Shown here: positions 32,501 to 40,700 of the stretch, one piece after another
How positions within the stretch are numbered: the first letter of the stretch is position 1
Layout: each line of letters starts with the position of its first letter
Origin: a virus
Length of the DNA stretch: 64,000 bases
IMG/VR virus record: IMGVR_UViG_3300025133_000022
Location: 128,538-192,537 of that record
Reading direction: 5' to 3' (one strand)
Notes under the pieces: generated by a model
Told to the model about the DNA's origin: nothing
The model's input: the letters and a program-made list of their open reading frames with translations, nothing else
Databases searched by the model: none
Translations under genes and position numbers: made by a program

Positions 32501-32583
32501 ACGAGGTCAATGTCATTGATAACAAAAACATTCTTACGGTATCCGTAAGTCGGCTCGAATTGGTCCATGGTCTTGGTTGGCAT
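23569..32583 (-). CDS. Giant baseplate hub protein (gp27/gpD-like) with M23 metallopeptidase domain (~3004 aa)
   Basis: M23 zinc motifs HWGTD (31189-31203), YMHLG and HLHFE (HLH at 30553-30561). Hub-like segments LRPGLNVQLRVGYS, TIWDVFHEMSLRHPG and YRGEIVILGNPRIRPWD...FEVEQIVHQFSHETGFISEIKP. TGATG overlap at 32583. Confidence 0.75.
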   Translation of the reverse strand: MPTKTMDQFEPTYGYRKNVFVINDIDLVVPPTNIDIQIEDLVWQWRALRQRATTKVPSGHGQVAVSITIPFTGPMVLDMHRLVVEFRHSPFCYVENRFLRETIVPHWPYSQAMAFTMTGLNVAPMQGSSDTWIMQLDLTWFNYFPYVHNWLYRKDWHTLPVTGETSHTKGSGIETTIGWDAKAGQKKQKHTILPKLGNSDNEIRSWSAVQGQYQDRQELTIEQMEEFHQGEIFDLLPLPDKMAQSEFVQRPAQSRIYTRYINLLQRDALMKAFSIDVEKEILTSTLWGALFSAVLYRNDRHTFGLHSGPPASTEELYREWKLLRNGIVAKMNSVHGGALFHFFAYKEVRLPAEWTGMISDAHKETLRVAKDKLPSAGGTEVDGWELRFDPTDTFHVDRVKVRRRFSSALGKDGSPRVSPVGYSNEDVPMPVDEVRVTDTVHWRSAATRSRLAGRPTGGSMHWGTDIGAGDRDRNKPDVLVPIYAVEAGTVSHIQLTDSSSGGSWKLAYLNDTELTSLPFDQEDFEVSIKAIVPEVNFRGANVTREFGETFPVGSFVKSIKYRNAWYYVEAPSAGNYIQMSHGNNLSMYMHLGGVSEAAMNSLNATEEIPAGTLIGWMSGSGPMNEAFKANAIVEARKEYLTSGSNGYQYISRTSNQNFWDNPSGERSSVWHYQTHLHFEYWESEDLGVGIDPPWTGTPALKEDWKRSSRMVPVDLSGPLETSVAGSYELTASPSFTTPTQTTVKEDIAEEAKEGNISNEELQSVGQILDNLWRDGWLYYDRDSKITNVWWKHHKLLVGPGNEEQLEKGFYSDPTVLTAVAGGLRHIVANIPILGYEFPTQQHLGSIEPFYSFEFCSVDFEGSGTQRLAGVSKQTEVLLAMRGLLHANARNFRGITDSWCVAVDSFVTRLLGTFSPDDIQIATYNNVTEAGEEPVIADIEVLRRAMVTRSNSMTVQGHPGMSCHTIELSETNPYVGEAINGTAPAVEDLEVAYSKVLNAVYKLAFKDEAAELLQQVLIAQLAGANTYRQESDEFGQFELSYVTSPLLVEDDNVALYRDKSDNDWIIFGDDFSSLANGPDSIGNIVGAGTSLPESSIFSNLNAVPLDQVFGGVPQSGGAGGHQGDAWRAAYAQVAKEGRPVAAPTASSVPDENITPKEFDISALLQASQDTQVLGKVPMEKILDYWTMIHKTIQTASAILAESDDQLAYGTVQAGGNTIDFVQDELYELPVQPNLFKGYQLYLATVAAVNPYPGPSSSNQTKPLEESLATGAVVEHLVENQNWLQWHPQNGLTSVDLKKLQTGFGAGYAGGLVGWGALGTIVERPVSFIWATVVNGGDKALKTKFGQWNDSDRGIYADFWAEMHDDVLTDIANNYMWQLPVRDLVEERFKSYVSSTIFGDILGTVAGEGGSPVFASTTEQLKKTAASCGDFQFDRFFDMPKYVMTERGTTSDNIREASKENQDIGIAQPSDIPKGQIAVPILLPDGASWDWFFFNKQEGIWPPGGPFIWHAEASLESKKIEYFKSLFARYACDLLNDYDVLKAFGLQGLSRVNKRARIQGSPALPDMDLPHHPYYGDIAACPPDFYMWNMYEDGDAHNRTVITAIQDVMGDIVSNCYNSMKKIESGGSYEPSGDRYVQEPATDDRISLPQYYNAEATDTGKKGATGFPFYPNPESTEAISEHIGNITNAVDALQSEAEEARMGTEKDSTKPELSISIEEAKALSSVHVEDVRLSNFEGAFGQGGGVQYPRRVTAAQYNELQDAVASVDQMFGSRSGYLDQKEIPENLADRLRGTLVERESDPSHRFNKESLNKLALNSANDIFGRKRRMSRAYPTFKLFFVEEDEFESRLLNFDDFFSYNGVTSFTVEQNRKSPADHAVVSLLNVAGTLDGTKRDAVVDLDYFSDSSKINIPGEASKLSGDSVNEGSALDQPFGALVLRPGLNVQLRVGYSNDPDLLEVLINGRVVDVTWNQGGDRAEILVQSFGTELQQAIKGTSAANDSRAFATTHQLLGAMMLEPELQHFGRWEFGQLYQVGEGQDARLDFVDYSRKGFLGAFKATNRVTDWMLNNPIITATLAIGGAAVLGRIPGVGRLLRPAAGLARTGAVATRGVKNFSWVSKWLGTLGVNGPGTAFYRSALTNIVGKRIGVATTVANKVVQADIRAVSRLVKNQQALRGMALRDAGGTAGRALVRESQRIQANAIRRAAVGSIDDAARALAKADAEIANLVLKGQWMSHPMQQIAGQSVGLLRSVGIKPISRVWGGIWYRAPLLVGGVSISALPLAGLDWAFSELYDASVGRIKAYFRQKQVSLFLSPQDDNLFPPHPKDYMEIYDKSWTKVWEDMKMWVVKTGVSAFVTDDELGYQAARWFGNKPALDKRVAPASCSFRLISTTIWDVFHEMSLRHPGWIYAARPYGHAFRYTMFFGVPSQRYWSQPGDNEFVRRANDLNEVLGNSSVDMNEYRRLYGDVVDDGYTSLLLEDFDANLDEEAIVAASVDRNSANDMVTNTVYVNDPATQQSVPVEITTGTVYETDPVDVDKIKSSLSQLTYTPRAMKEYLRALNLRFKPFRRYHSVTSEHDIVWNGLMSSENAVHNAVDVTYFEENAKFGDSPASSAMFKAHAFIPEHDLRVLPLQPSYNVRGYQMAMRYGVGSLLHTMREMYRGEIVILGNPRIRPWDVGILSDSYNDMVGPFEVEQIVHQFSHETGFISEIKPSAMVIANETSSWPVLEAIKVAALAVRDVEDQYEGLGATDPGARFRFLDWVLGFGAGNDSSSLQGALDLGTPHAATEYRKYLEERAAELRPFDPFANPKTGKSDLEEIREIEDELGSVKRGLTQFTGGALGVATGALALKGIPWVFGAAGKTVPKFLRMQSGTAMGVMGILGAGGAVFAGNRLTPSLTWLLGSPILFLQALRGDSIMLVPLMKNGNPIVSGVNLTDPSMIWNNFKGDLGRWVEDTLDGTRDLTDIWRLYGKHAWRRNEHLKRTFDANSDVWNQNKQLYAELTGES

Positions 32584-35500
32584 CAATACTCTCCCATTAG
32601 TCGATCAGTATAAGATCTCGTGATTGGACGTCTAGTGTCATTAATTCTAACTGACCCAGCAGCATTACCTCCAGTCATCGCCCCTACGTACTTCATAGCT
32701 CCGTTGAGCCCGAATCCGTTTGGCAACACACCTTTGATTTGATAACTGCTTGGGCGCGACATATACGCACCACCACTATTGATTGGCCTGTCTATCATAC
32801 CATAATCACTTGACGGCCTGCCAAGACTTTCTGGCGCTATGTGACCTCCACTGTTTTTAAATAAACTTCCTTGAGCAATAGCATTGCTAACTTGAGGAGA
32901 GGTGTACTCTCCGGGTGCTGAAAGAGGAGTGGCAGCATAGCCTGGCGTGCCAATCGCACCCATTGCAAACATACTTGCAGCTGCACCCATTGCGATGGGC
33001 GCAGCCATCCTTTTGTCAAGCTTGTCTATGAGGTTGGTGATTTGCCCAAGCCCTTTAGAAAAACCAGCCATACCATGTTGAGGAGAATCACTAAACGCAG
33101 CCATACCAGCAGTTTCCATATTGGAGCCTGCTAGAGCTTGGATAAACATATTGGGACCAGCAGAAAAAGCATGCGACATAGCCTTAGCAGTGCCAGGCAT
33201 ATTGGTTCCGGCAGCTACAGCAGAGTTGGCCACCTTCAGAGACGCATCTACAAAATTGTCAATATTGACGCTAAGCGTCCTACCCTTCGTAATTTCAGCA
33301 GCCCACTGGCCGGTCCTGCCCTCCCCTACAATATCACCAACTTTAAAGCTGGTGTTCTGGTTATGAAAAATCTTATTCTTTAGAACATTGCGAAGCTCCT
33401 CAGCAGAATCTTGAGAAGGACTGGACATTAGCCGCTCAACGGCTCCACCCACCTCTTCGGCAAGAGGTACAAATACTTTCAGCTTCTTAGCCTTGAGAAG
33501 TACGTTCTCCTCAAGGGCACCAAGGATATCTCGATGCGCACGAATCTGATCAATATTGGCTCCATAGTTGCCAAGAGCCTCGTGCAACCCACGAAGACGA
33601 ACGTCCATCGCACCAGTTTGCTGCGAAATACCCATCTCCTTCATCATGTCTTGCACAATTTTATCATCTAGGCCCCCACCAAGAGTATCTCCATAAGAAA
33701 CCATACCCTTCTTGATAGCAGTACCCACACCGCCTTTAAGCACACGACTTTGAAGCTCCATAGCTAAACGCGCAGGATCCCCGACTTGTGCAGCAAGTCT
33801 CCTTCTCACTATTGCGCTAGTCTTGGGATCAAGCATCATGCTAAGTGCTGTATCACCATCCATATCCATGAATGCTTGAGGCGCAAGTCCAATGTCACCA
33901 GCTGCAGTAAGTACACGAGGCACAATCATGCGACCACCACCCTGCCCACCGGTAAATTGATCAATATTGTCAATCAGAGTGCGAAAAAACTTGCGATTAG
34001 CATCATTGCCTTTGTCACCAGTAGCTGCTGCAATATCGGCGAAGCTTTTAATATCTTTGCGAAAGATACTTTTCATGAACTCTTCACCTCGCATCTGCTT
34101 AAACTGCTGATCGCCAGCAGCATCCAAACCACTAAAAACCTGGAGTTGCGCTCCTTTGATTTTATTAAAAAAAGCATCAGTACCTTGAAGAGCACTAACT
34201 TCTCGTAGATCACGGAACACTTGGGACATAAAAACATTACCTGCAGAAATAAGAGGATGTCGTCCACTCACGCGAATAAGACCGCTGCCAAGCCTTTTGT
34301 TTCCTGCTTTATGTTCCATTCCTGTAAAGAACATGCGAGCACTCTCAGCCAATTGCTTACTGCTAGTGCCACCAGCTTTCTGACCATGAAGTTCGCTTAG
34401 CATCATGGTCGCGTCAGCAAATACAGCAGTGCCACCAGTACTTCTAAAAAGTTGGTTAGCTACACGACCCTGCTGGCGGCTAGTAAAGCCAGCGCCAGTA
34501 GTAAGGTTATAAGAACTAACTCTAGGAGAACTACTGCCCCGAACCTTGCCACGAGCAAGGTTCGCAATACTGGTACTCATAAGATCCAAAGCATTACTGC
34601 GCCAAGTCTTGAGACTTTCACGCAGAGGGTCACCACCTGTAGTAGCATGATCGGCCAAACGCTTTTGCAAACCACTCACAAGCTGACCATACGCAGCACT
34701 GACCTCTTTGCTTTGCCCTCCAGCAATTCGCACACTAGTCCCACTGCCAGCCTCATAGGCTTCCATGCCTGGCATATACATACTGCTAGATCCAAAAACA
34801 TCCTGAACGGCTCTGCCAATGTGCGCAGGAGCGTCACTAAAATCTAAAATGGCTCCTTGCTTCTGAGTACGCAACCAATCTGTCATCTGTCCAGTTGACC
34901 TGCCACCCTCAGTGAAAGCGTCACCAAACTGACTGTACTTGAGGCGCGTAGCACCTCTTTCGGTGAAAGCGTCTACAGCATTACGATGCCCAGTGACACT
35001 GCGCCCCATACCCATCATTTGCTCAGCGAGAGCATAGTGACGACCAAAGCCAATTTTATTAGTATAGATGCCAGCAACTGCGTCAACAGACTGCTCTTTG
35101 CTCATACCTAGCTGAAGCATGCGTTCGTATGCTGTCTGAGCGAATCTGCGTTCAAGACCAACACGCGCAGCACCCCAGTCTCCGGCGGATGGGCCAACTT
35201 GAACCGTGTCAATAAAACTAACAAGTCCGCGTCTCATCGCCGCAAGAGCATCAGCGCTTCCAGCACCAAGTCCACGAACCATCTTCTGAAGTTTCGCCTG
35301 GTCAATTCCGCCTTTACCAACACCTCCGCCCTCTGCCCCATGGTATACGCCAGCAAGCATCATTCCAATATTCTTAGCACCAACACCACGCTGCTGCATT
35401 AATTCAAATGCAGCTTGAGCGTAAATCTGATGTCCCTGCTTGCCTAGCATACCTCCACCAGCATCTGAAAGAGCCTGCGCTCGAGCACGCAATGTTTTGT

Positions 35501-37706
35501 GGTTTACGCCAAACATTTTTGCGGTTCCCGCTATTTGGTGTGTAAAACCAAAAGTACCTTTGCTAAACATGTCACTACTAATGTACGCAGCACCATACTT
35601 CATGTCTCCCAATCCAGAAAGTTCTGAAGCAAGCTCACCCAGCCTTTTGTCTTGTCTGTACAGACGGTCAATACCTGCTTGCCCGATATTCTCCATGTTG
35701 CCTTTAAAGCTAGCGCTAAACATTTTAAGAAAATCCATCTTTCTAATCTGTTGGCCACGAAAATAAATCATGTCTTTCTTGTAACTGATGCCAGTACGAT
35801 CTAAAGCAATATCAAGAGCTTCAGTAGCTGGATCCCGAGGTAAGTACTTTCTGCCGGAACCAGTCTCTCCAACATACAAATTCTGAGCCAATTCTTCTGG
35901 AGTGAATTTACCATTGCCTGCAAGAATGCGTGTCAATGTTTCACTAGCCGCATAAGCGTGTTTCTCTGGATTGAGAACAGAGAATTGAATAGGCTTACTT
36001 ACTCTGTGAGACACTCCAGTGACCCCCATGCCAGAATCACCATAAGACTTACTTAAATGACCAGCATTAGAAAAATCAACAACCATCATCTTGTTTAAAC
36101 CACCAGACGCATGAGAACCCCAACCCTGAGACACTTCACTAATGGCACGGTGTCGAAGCACTCCCGGACTGAGTTTACTCTCTCCAGGGCGAGTAAACTT
36201 ATTTCGAAGACGATCTAAAGAAACATCAGAAGCCTGCCCAACACCACCTAGGTAAGCACCCCCAAACGTACGAAGAGAATCAAGAGAGTAGCTACTTCGA
36301 CCAAGGACTTGCGCTTCACGCGCAGTGATAGGAAGCTGGTGTCTGTCGACAGCAAACTTGCCATACGCACTCTGAAGAGCGCTAAAGCCACTTTTCGCTC
36401 TAAGGCCTAGTACAGATCTACGCTCCTGCCCAAAGCCAGTAACAAGGCGCTTAGCGCCTACAGCACCACCCTCAAAATCACCTCCAGAACCAAGCTGAGC
36501 AATAAAACGCATCGCCTCACCAGAGTCCATTGCTCCAAAAGTATGCCCAAACACTGCATTCGCACCAAGTGCTATTTGTCGACGTATATGTCTTCCGATA
36601 TACCCAGAAGTCATAGCTGCACGATCAACGTGTTGAGTAGCCATGCCCATATTTTCCCTAAACGCCTTCCAGTCAACGCGTCCTTTCGCTGCACGAGAAC
36701 CAATGTCTTGAATAAGATAATCAGAAAAACTAGTCAATGCTCCGCCAGCCCTAAGCTGTCCAACCGTCATGTTTGCAGCATCAAGTCCTTGTTGCCTAAC
36801 AAGCTGGTGTGCGTTTTGAACATTCATGGCATGTTTTGGAGTCGAGTAAAGAGTGTTGAAACTCTGACCACTGCGAAACAATCCATGCTCGTGTAAGGGT
36901 ACGCTAGCTACCCATTGTCCACGATTCAAAATTTGTGCTTGCCTAAACTGCCTGCCGCCTTCAGTAAAAGAGGCAACACGCATTTTGTAATCACCTTGAG
37001 ACAGGTGGGCATTCAGACGCAAAGCCCTTCGTTCCCAAGGTTTGAGAGCTTCTTTAGCTTGCCTCCTGCTAAGTAAGGTTCCAACATCAATAGAATTGTA
37101 AGCAACACCGCCTTTTGGGATTGAAAAATTAGGAGACTGAAGCTGACCGCTGATGTTTCTAAATTCACTTAAATTCTCTTCCCATTTTAAAAGAGTCTCG
37201 GCAGAACCACTATCAAGAAGAGATCTAGTAACTTTCTCGGCAAACTCTTCTACAGAGTTTGGACTAGCCTCACTAAGCAAACGGCTAATCTCTCCTTTCA
37301 GAGAGCTAACGGCAGAAGCATTAAGACCACTAGCAGGATCTTCAAGTGTTACGGAAAGTGTCTGAAGAAGTGCATTGTGTTGCTCTACGGTGCCAATGAT
37401 TTTGCGTAACTCATCAGAATCACCAAGCCCTCTTTTAATTTTATCAACAACTTTGGCTGCACGCTCACTTCTGGCTTGTTGAGACTTTCGAGCTGCAAGG
37501 CCTTTGGCCTTGCCAATAGCCTGAGAAGGCGTAGCTTTAGAAAGAGGGTTGTTTAACGCCTCGTTTCTTTTAAGGTGTCTTTGCCCATGCCAAATACCAA
37601 CAGCTACAGGGCTTAACCCTACGGCAGTCTTAAGTAGCGAAACACCACTTTGAACAGTGGTGTCAGCATCTTCGTGAAACTGGTTAAAGCGATCATTAGT
37701 AGCCAC
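32583..37706 (-). CDS. Putative single-chain two-barrel (DPBB) RNA polymerase at the tape-measure locus; candidate virion RNAP, 1707 aa
   Basis: Ordered motifs: GLNKMMVVDF..YGDSG (beta DPBB first half, D557), IRKMDFLKMFSASFKGNMENI (beta K1065/K1073-like, K661/K668), NLARGKVRGS (beta' NLLGKRVDYS-like), RHP (R1149), AFMDMDGD (D1281/D1283/D1285; nt 33852-33866), TGAMDVRL (bridge-helix-like), LGALEENVLLK (trigger-loop-like). GTG start with GGAG RBS. Confidence 0.72.
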   Translation of the reverse strand: MATNDRFNQFHEDADTTVQSGVSLLKTAVGLSPVAVGIWHGQRHLKRNEALNNPLSKATPSQAIGKAKGLAARKSQQARSERAAKVVDKIKRGLGDSDELRKIIGTVEQHNALLQTLSVTLEDPASGLNASAVSSLKGEISRLLSEASPNSVEEFAEKVTRSLLDSGSAETLLKWEENLSEFRNISGQLQSPNFSIPKGGVAYNSIDVGTLLSRRQAKEALKPWERRALRLNAHLSQGDYKMRVASFTEGGRQFRQAQILNRGQWVASVPLHEHGLFRSGQSFNTLYSTPKHAMNVQNAHQLVRQQGLDAANMTVGQLRAGGALTSFSDYLIQDIGSRAAKGRVDWKAFRENMGMATQHVDRAAMTSGYIGRHIRRQIALGANAVFGHTFGAMDSGEAMRFIAQLGSGGDFEGGAVGAKRLVTGFGQERRSVLGLRAKSGFSALQSAYGKFAVDRHQLPITAREAQVLGRSSYSLDSLRTFGGAYLGGVGQASDVSLDRLRNKFTRPGESKLSPGVLRHRAISEVSQGWGSHASGGLNKMMVVDFSNAGHLSKSYGDSGMGVTGVSHRVSKPIQFSVLNPEKHAYAASETLTRILAGNGKFTPEELAQNLYVGETGSGRKYLPRDPATEALDIALDRTGISYKKDMIYFRGQQIRKMDFLKMFSASFKGNMENIGQAGIDRLYRQDKRLGELASELSGLGDMKYGAAYISSDMFSKGTFGFTHQIAGTAKMFGVNHKTLRARAQALSDAGGGMLGKQGHQIYAQAAFELMQQRGVGAKNIGMMLAGVYHGAEGGGVGKGGIDQAKLQKMVRGLGAGSADALAAMRRGLVSFIDTVQVGPSAGDWGAARVGLERRFAQTAYERMLQLGMSKEQSVDAVAGIYTNKIGFGRHYALAEQMMGMGRSVTGHRNAVDAFTERGATRLKYSQFGDAFTEGGRSTGQMTDWLRTQKQGAILDFSDAPAHIGRAVQDVFGSSSMYMPGMEAYEAGSGTSVRIAGGQSKEVSAAYGQLVSGLQKRLADHATTGGDPLRESLKTWRSNALDLMSTSIANLARGKVRGSSSPRVSSYNLTTGAGFTSRQQGRVANQLFRSTGGTAVFADATMMLSELHGQKAGGTSSKQLAESARMFFTGMEHKAGNKRLGSGLIRVSGRHPLISAGNVFMSQVFRDLREVSALQGTDAFFNKIKGAQLQVFSGLDAAGDQQFKQMRGEEFMKSIFRKDIKSFADIAAATGDKGNDANRKFFRTLIDNIDQFTGGQGGGRMIVPRVLTAAGDIGLAPQAFMDMDGDTALSMMLDPKTSAIVRRRLAAQVGDPARLAMELQSRVLKGGVGTAIKKGMVSYGDTLGGGLDDKIVQDMMKEMGISQQTGAMDVRLRGLHEALGNYGANIDQIRAHRDILGALEENVLLKAKKLKVFVPLAEEVGGAVERLMSSPSQDSAEELRNVLKNKIFHNQNTSFKVGDIVGEGRTGQWAAEITKGRTLSVNIDNFVDASLKVANSAVAAGTNMPGTAKAMSHAFSAGPNMFIQALAGSNMETAGMAAFSDSPQHGMAGFSKGLGQITNLIDKLDKRMAAPIAMGAAASMFAMGAIGTPGYAATPLSAPGEYTSPQVSNAIAQGSLFKNSGGHIAPESLGRPSSDYGMIDRPINSGGAYMSRPSSYQIKGVLPNGFGLNGAMKYVGAMTGGNAAGSVRINDTRRPITRSYTDRLMGEY

Positions 37707-40700
37707 TTAAGTATCTCTCCATTGCTGTGCCAATATCAATGGCACGGTTATCATTGTAATCAACTTGTACAGTACTCATCATACCTTTCCATGGTGCTAC
37801 ATGCCAACTGCCACGACTTCCTGCAGTGCCAGTCATTTGAGTAAGTCCTCTACTCATAGCAGAACCTATCGGAACCCCAGGTTTGTTTTGTTGTAAGAAA
37901 TCTGTACTCCCGTCTAGCATAGGTTGTTGCATGCTTTTCTTGAGCTGTTTTTCCCATAAGCCGTAATCCGACAGCTCTGCACCCATCCTGTCGACATATC
38001 TAACCTGAATATCACTCATGTCGACATCCTCATGCCAACCCACCCAATCTTCGGAAGGCATTGGCCCTTCTAGAGATCCAGCAACACGTGCTTCTTGAGC
38101 AGCTAAATGCGAATCGCTAATAGCGTTATCAGCACCAGCCCAAAGATTCTCATCTCCAGAATCCATTCGGCTCCAAATTGCCTTGTAAAGGTGTTGTTGG
38201 TCGGCGGGAACCATCTCCATAATACGATGACGATCTTTACCAGAAGCATGAGCGAAAGCATTGAAGAATTTTCTTTCACTATCAGGAAGTGTCCAGTACA
38301 TACTTAGAGAGCTCCCTTGAGGATTCACACCAGCACGAGTATTGGCTTGAGCCCAGCGGTACTGTGCTGCTGCACGAGAATCTCCAGAAAGTTCTGCCTG
38401 TTCGCGCAACCTTGCCCATTTTAGAAATTCTAATTTATCAAAGTACTCGTTTGCACTATCAGCCTTGTGTCTCCACAGAGGCTTACCTTCCCATCCCATC
38501 ATATTTAAAGTGCTGTTCATGGCTGGTCGAAACCAATCGCGCCATGGCTTATCCCAAAAAGCCATAGGTGTACCATATAGACGCTCGTACTCATACTGCT
38601 CAATAGCATCTCTGTCACTCATGAGTTTTTGCACGGGACGAAAGCCCATAGGTACGAGATATTCTCCTGGTGCTGTTACCCGACGTGCTGCTCGCTGTCC
38701 CGCAGCCCAAGCAGCTCGGGTTAATCCCGAGCCTGGTAGCCTGATAGCATTCTTGTGTAGTCTGTCATCACTAAATCCACTAACTTGCTCTGAGTGATTG
38801 CGATCCACTGCCTCCATGAAAGCAATTTGCTTCTCATTGTAAGCTCCCTCCATGCGCTGCTTGTACACAGCTTGCTTGTAAAGAGTGTATTCCTGAGAAA
38901 GTGGCGCTACGTCACTAAGGATGGCAAATCTAAATAAGGCGGGGTAAGCCTCTGGATCTACCCCTCGTAGTTCAGGGTGTAAGCCTGCATAGCCTGCACC
39001 TGGCAAGCGTCCTTCTCCCCATTCTATTGAGCGATATGGGTCTCCCCATTTGAACTTGTCTGGCAGCCAGCTAGGCATATTGTTGGCAAGCGGATTGCGA
39101 CGATCTATCTCGCTACGCATTCTAGGAAAGACGCGACGCAAAAATTCATTTGAAAACAATGCACCACCCATGTTCATCTCCCAGAAACGAACACGGCTGC
39201 TAGTCATCAAACTAGCATCTGCCAGCTGTTGGCTGTCAGCCGCCCAAACATCATCTCCAGTTAAGCCCTGCTGGATAACATTCTTAGCCCAGCCAGTCAT
39301 ACCTTCCAGCTCTCTGAATTGGTAAGACAAAAAACTCAATTGATTGGTAGCACTGTAAGGACTTGTCGGCACACCGTGATGAGCTCCCAAAGCTGTGGCT
39401 GGCTCAAAGCGCGACCCTTTGTACACATTTCCATACTCAAGCCCACCATCTTGTCCAGGACGAATCCATTCGCCTGCATGCATAACTCTTGCAGGCTTGA
39501 TTAGCCTGCCAATAGTACTTGAGAGCACACCGCCAATTATTGGCACGTCTGAAAACGCAGCATTACTTATGGGATAAGGTCTATCCCAATACTGCTGTGT
39601 TTCTAATTCATAAGTAAAGTTTTGACGAATCCACTTGCCTAGGGGACTTATCTTGTCCTCATCTGCACCCCAAACACCTTTCTCGCGCACTCTGTTCATC
39701 ATGAGAGAATACTGATGTGGTCTGTAATAGTCTGTTTCACCACCCTCGAATGGAGTGCCACCTGCTTCCCACCACCTACTTGATTTAACGGCAACCATTT
39801 TTCTGCCAGAATAGATGTCACGCAGATCGTCTGCAGTTTCCTTACTGCCTAACAGGCCACCAGTGAGAAGCTGATGTGTGCCAAAAATAGCAGCTCCGAC
39901 ACTTGCCCACTTGCCCAGCCGGCCTGCTGAACTGAATCCCATATCGCCAATTCGACGACGCAAAGCTTTGTCTGCACCGACATCTGCACCAAAGAAACTA
40001 TAGTAGGCTTGAGTACCAAAACCTTTGGCTTCCTTCTTAAGGCGAGCAACCAGGTTGGGGGTGTCTCCATACTTGGCGCTAATGTCGCGCAACCTACGCT
40101 CTAGCGCTTCGTTCATAGGGTTGCCTTGCCTGTAGGTGTCCAGCTGCTCTTCAGCCCTGTAGAATGCAGTATTGAGGTCTTGCATCATCTCTAAACGCTT
40201 GTTGTCATACACACTGGTGCGCAAGTGTTTCATCAAATCGCGTCGTTGCCGAAACCCTTCATGAGGTAGGTTGTTAGCCAAACCGCTAACATTTTTATAA
40301 TAGAGATCTCGCACATTGCTGTTTGCCAATTGTACCTGACGGACTTTGTCTGCCTGTAAATCTAATTTCAAGCGCCTAGGTCCAGCAGACTCAAGCATCG
40401 TCTGGGCTAGACTCATATTGCGACCAGGCAAACTAACACTGGTGGCCATAATGCCACCAGTTGCTAACAGCGCACCAGTTTCCCAATCGGTACTTCCAGG
40501 AGCGAAACCCTCAAGGGTCCGACGCAAATAATTGAAAGGGTTCAGTGCATTGGCACGAGCGACATCCATGCTGACAGCACCGGTTGCAACCCCTTGCATA
40601 ACGCCTTGATCAAACCCAGGAAGAATCATTTGGCCAAAGAAACTTGCAGCTGCAGCAAACATAGCCGTGCGCGGCTGCTTGGCCATCTTGCCAACAGCAT

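Noticed and set aside
36465-36485. GGDFEGG in the 1707-aa protein as a second catalytic DxDGD loop
   Set aside because: Only one Asp (two of the three carboxylates are replaced by E and G), no upstream RxP, and it lies N-terminal to the beta-like barrel.
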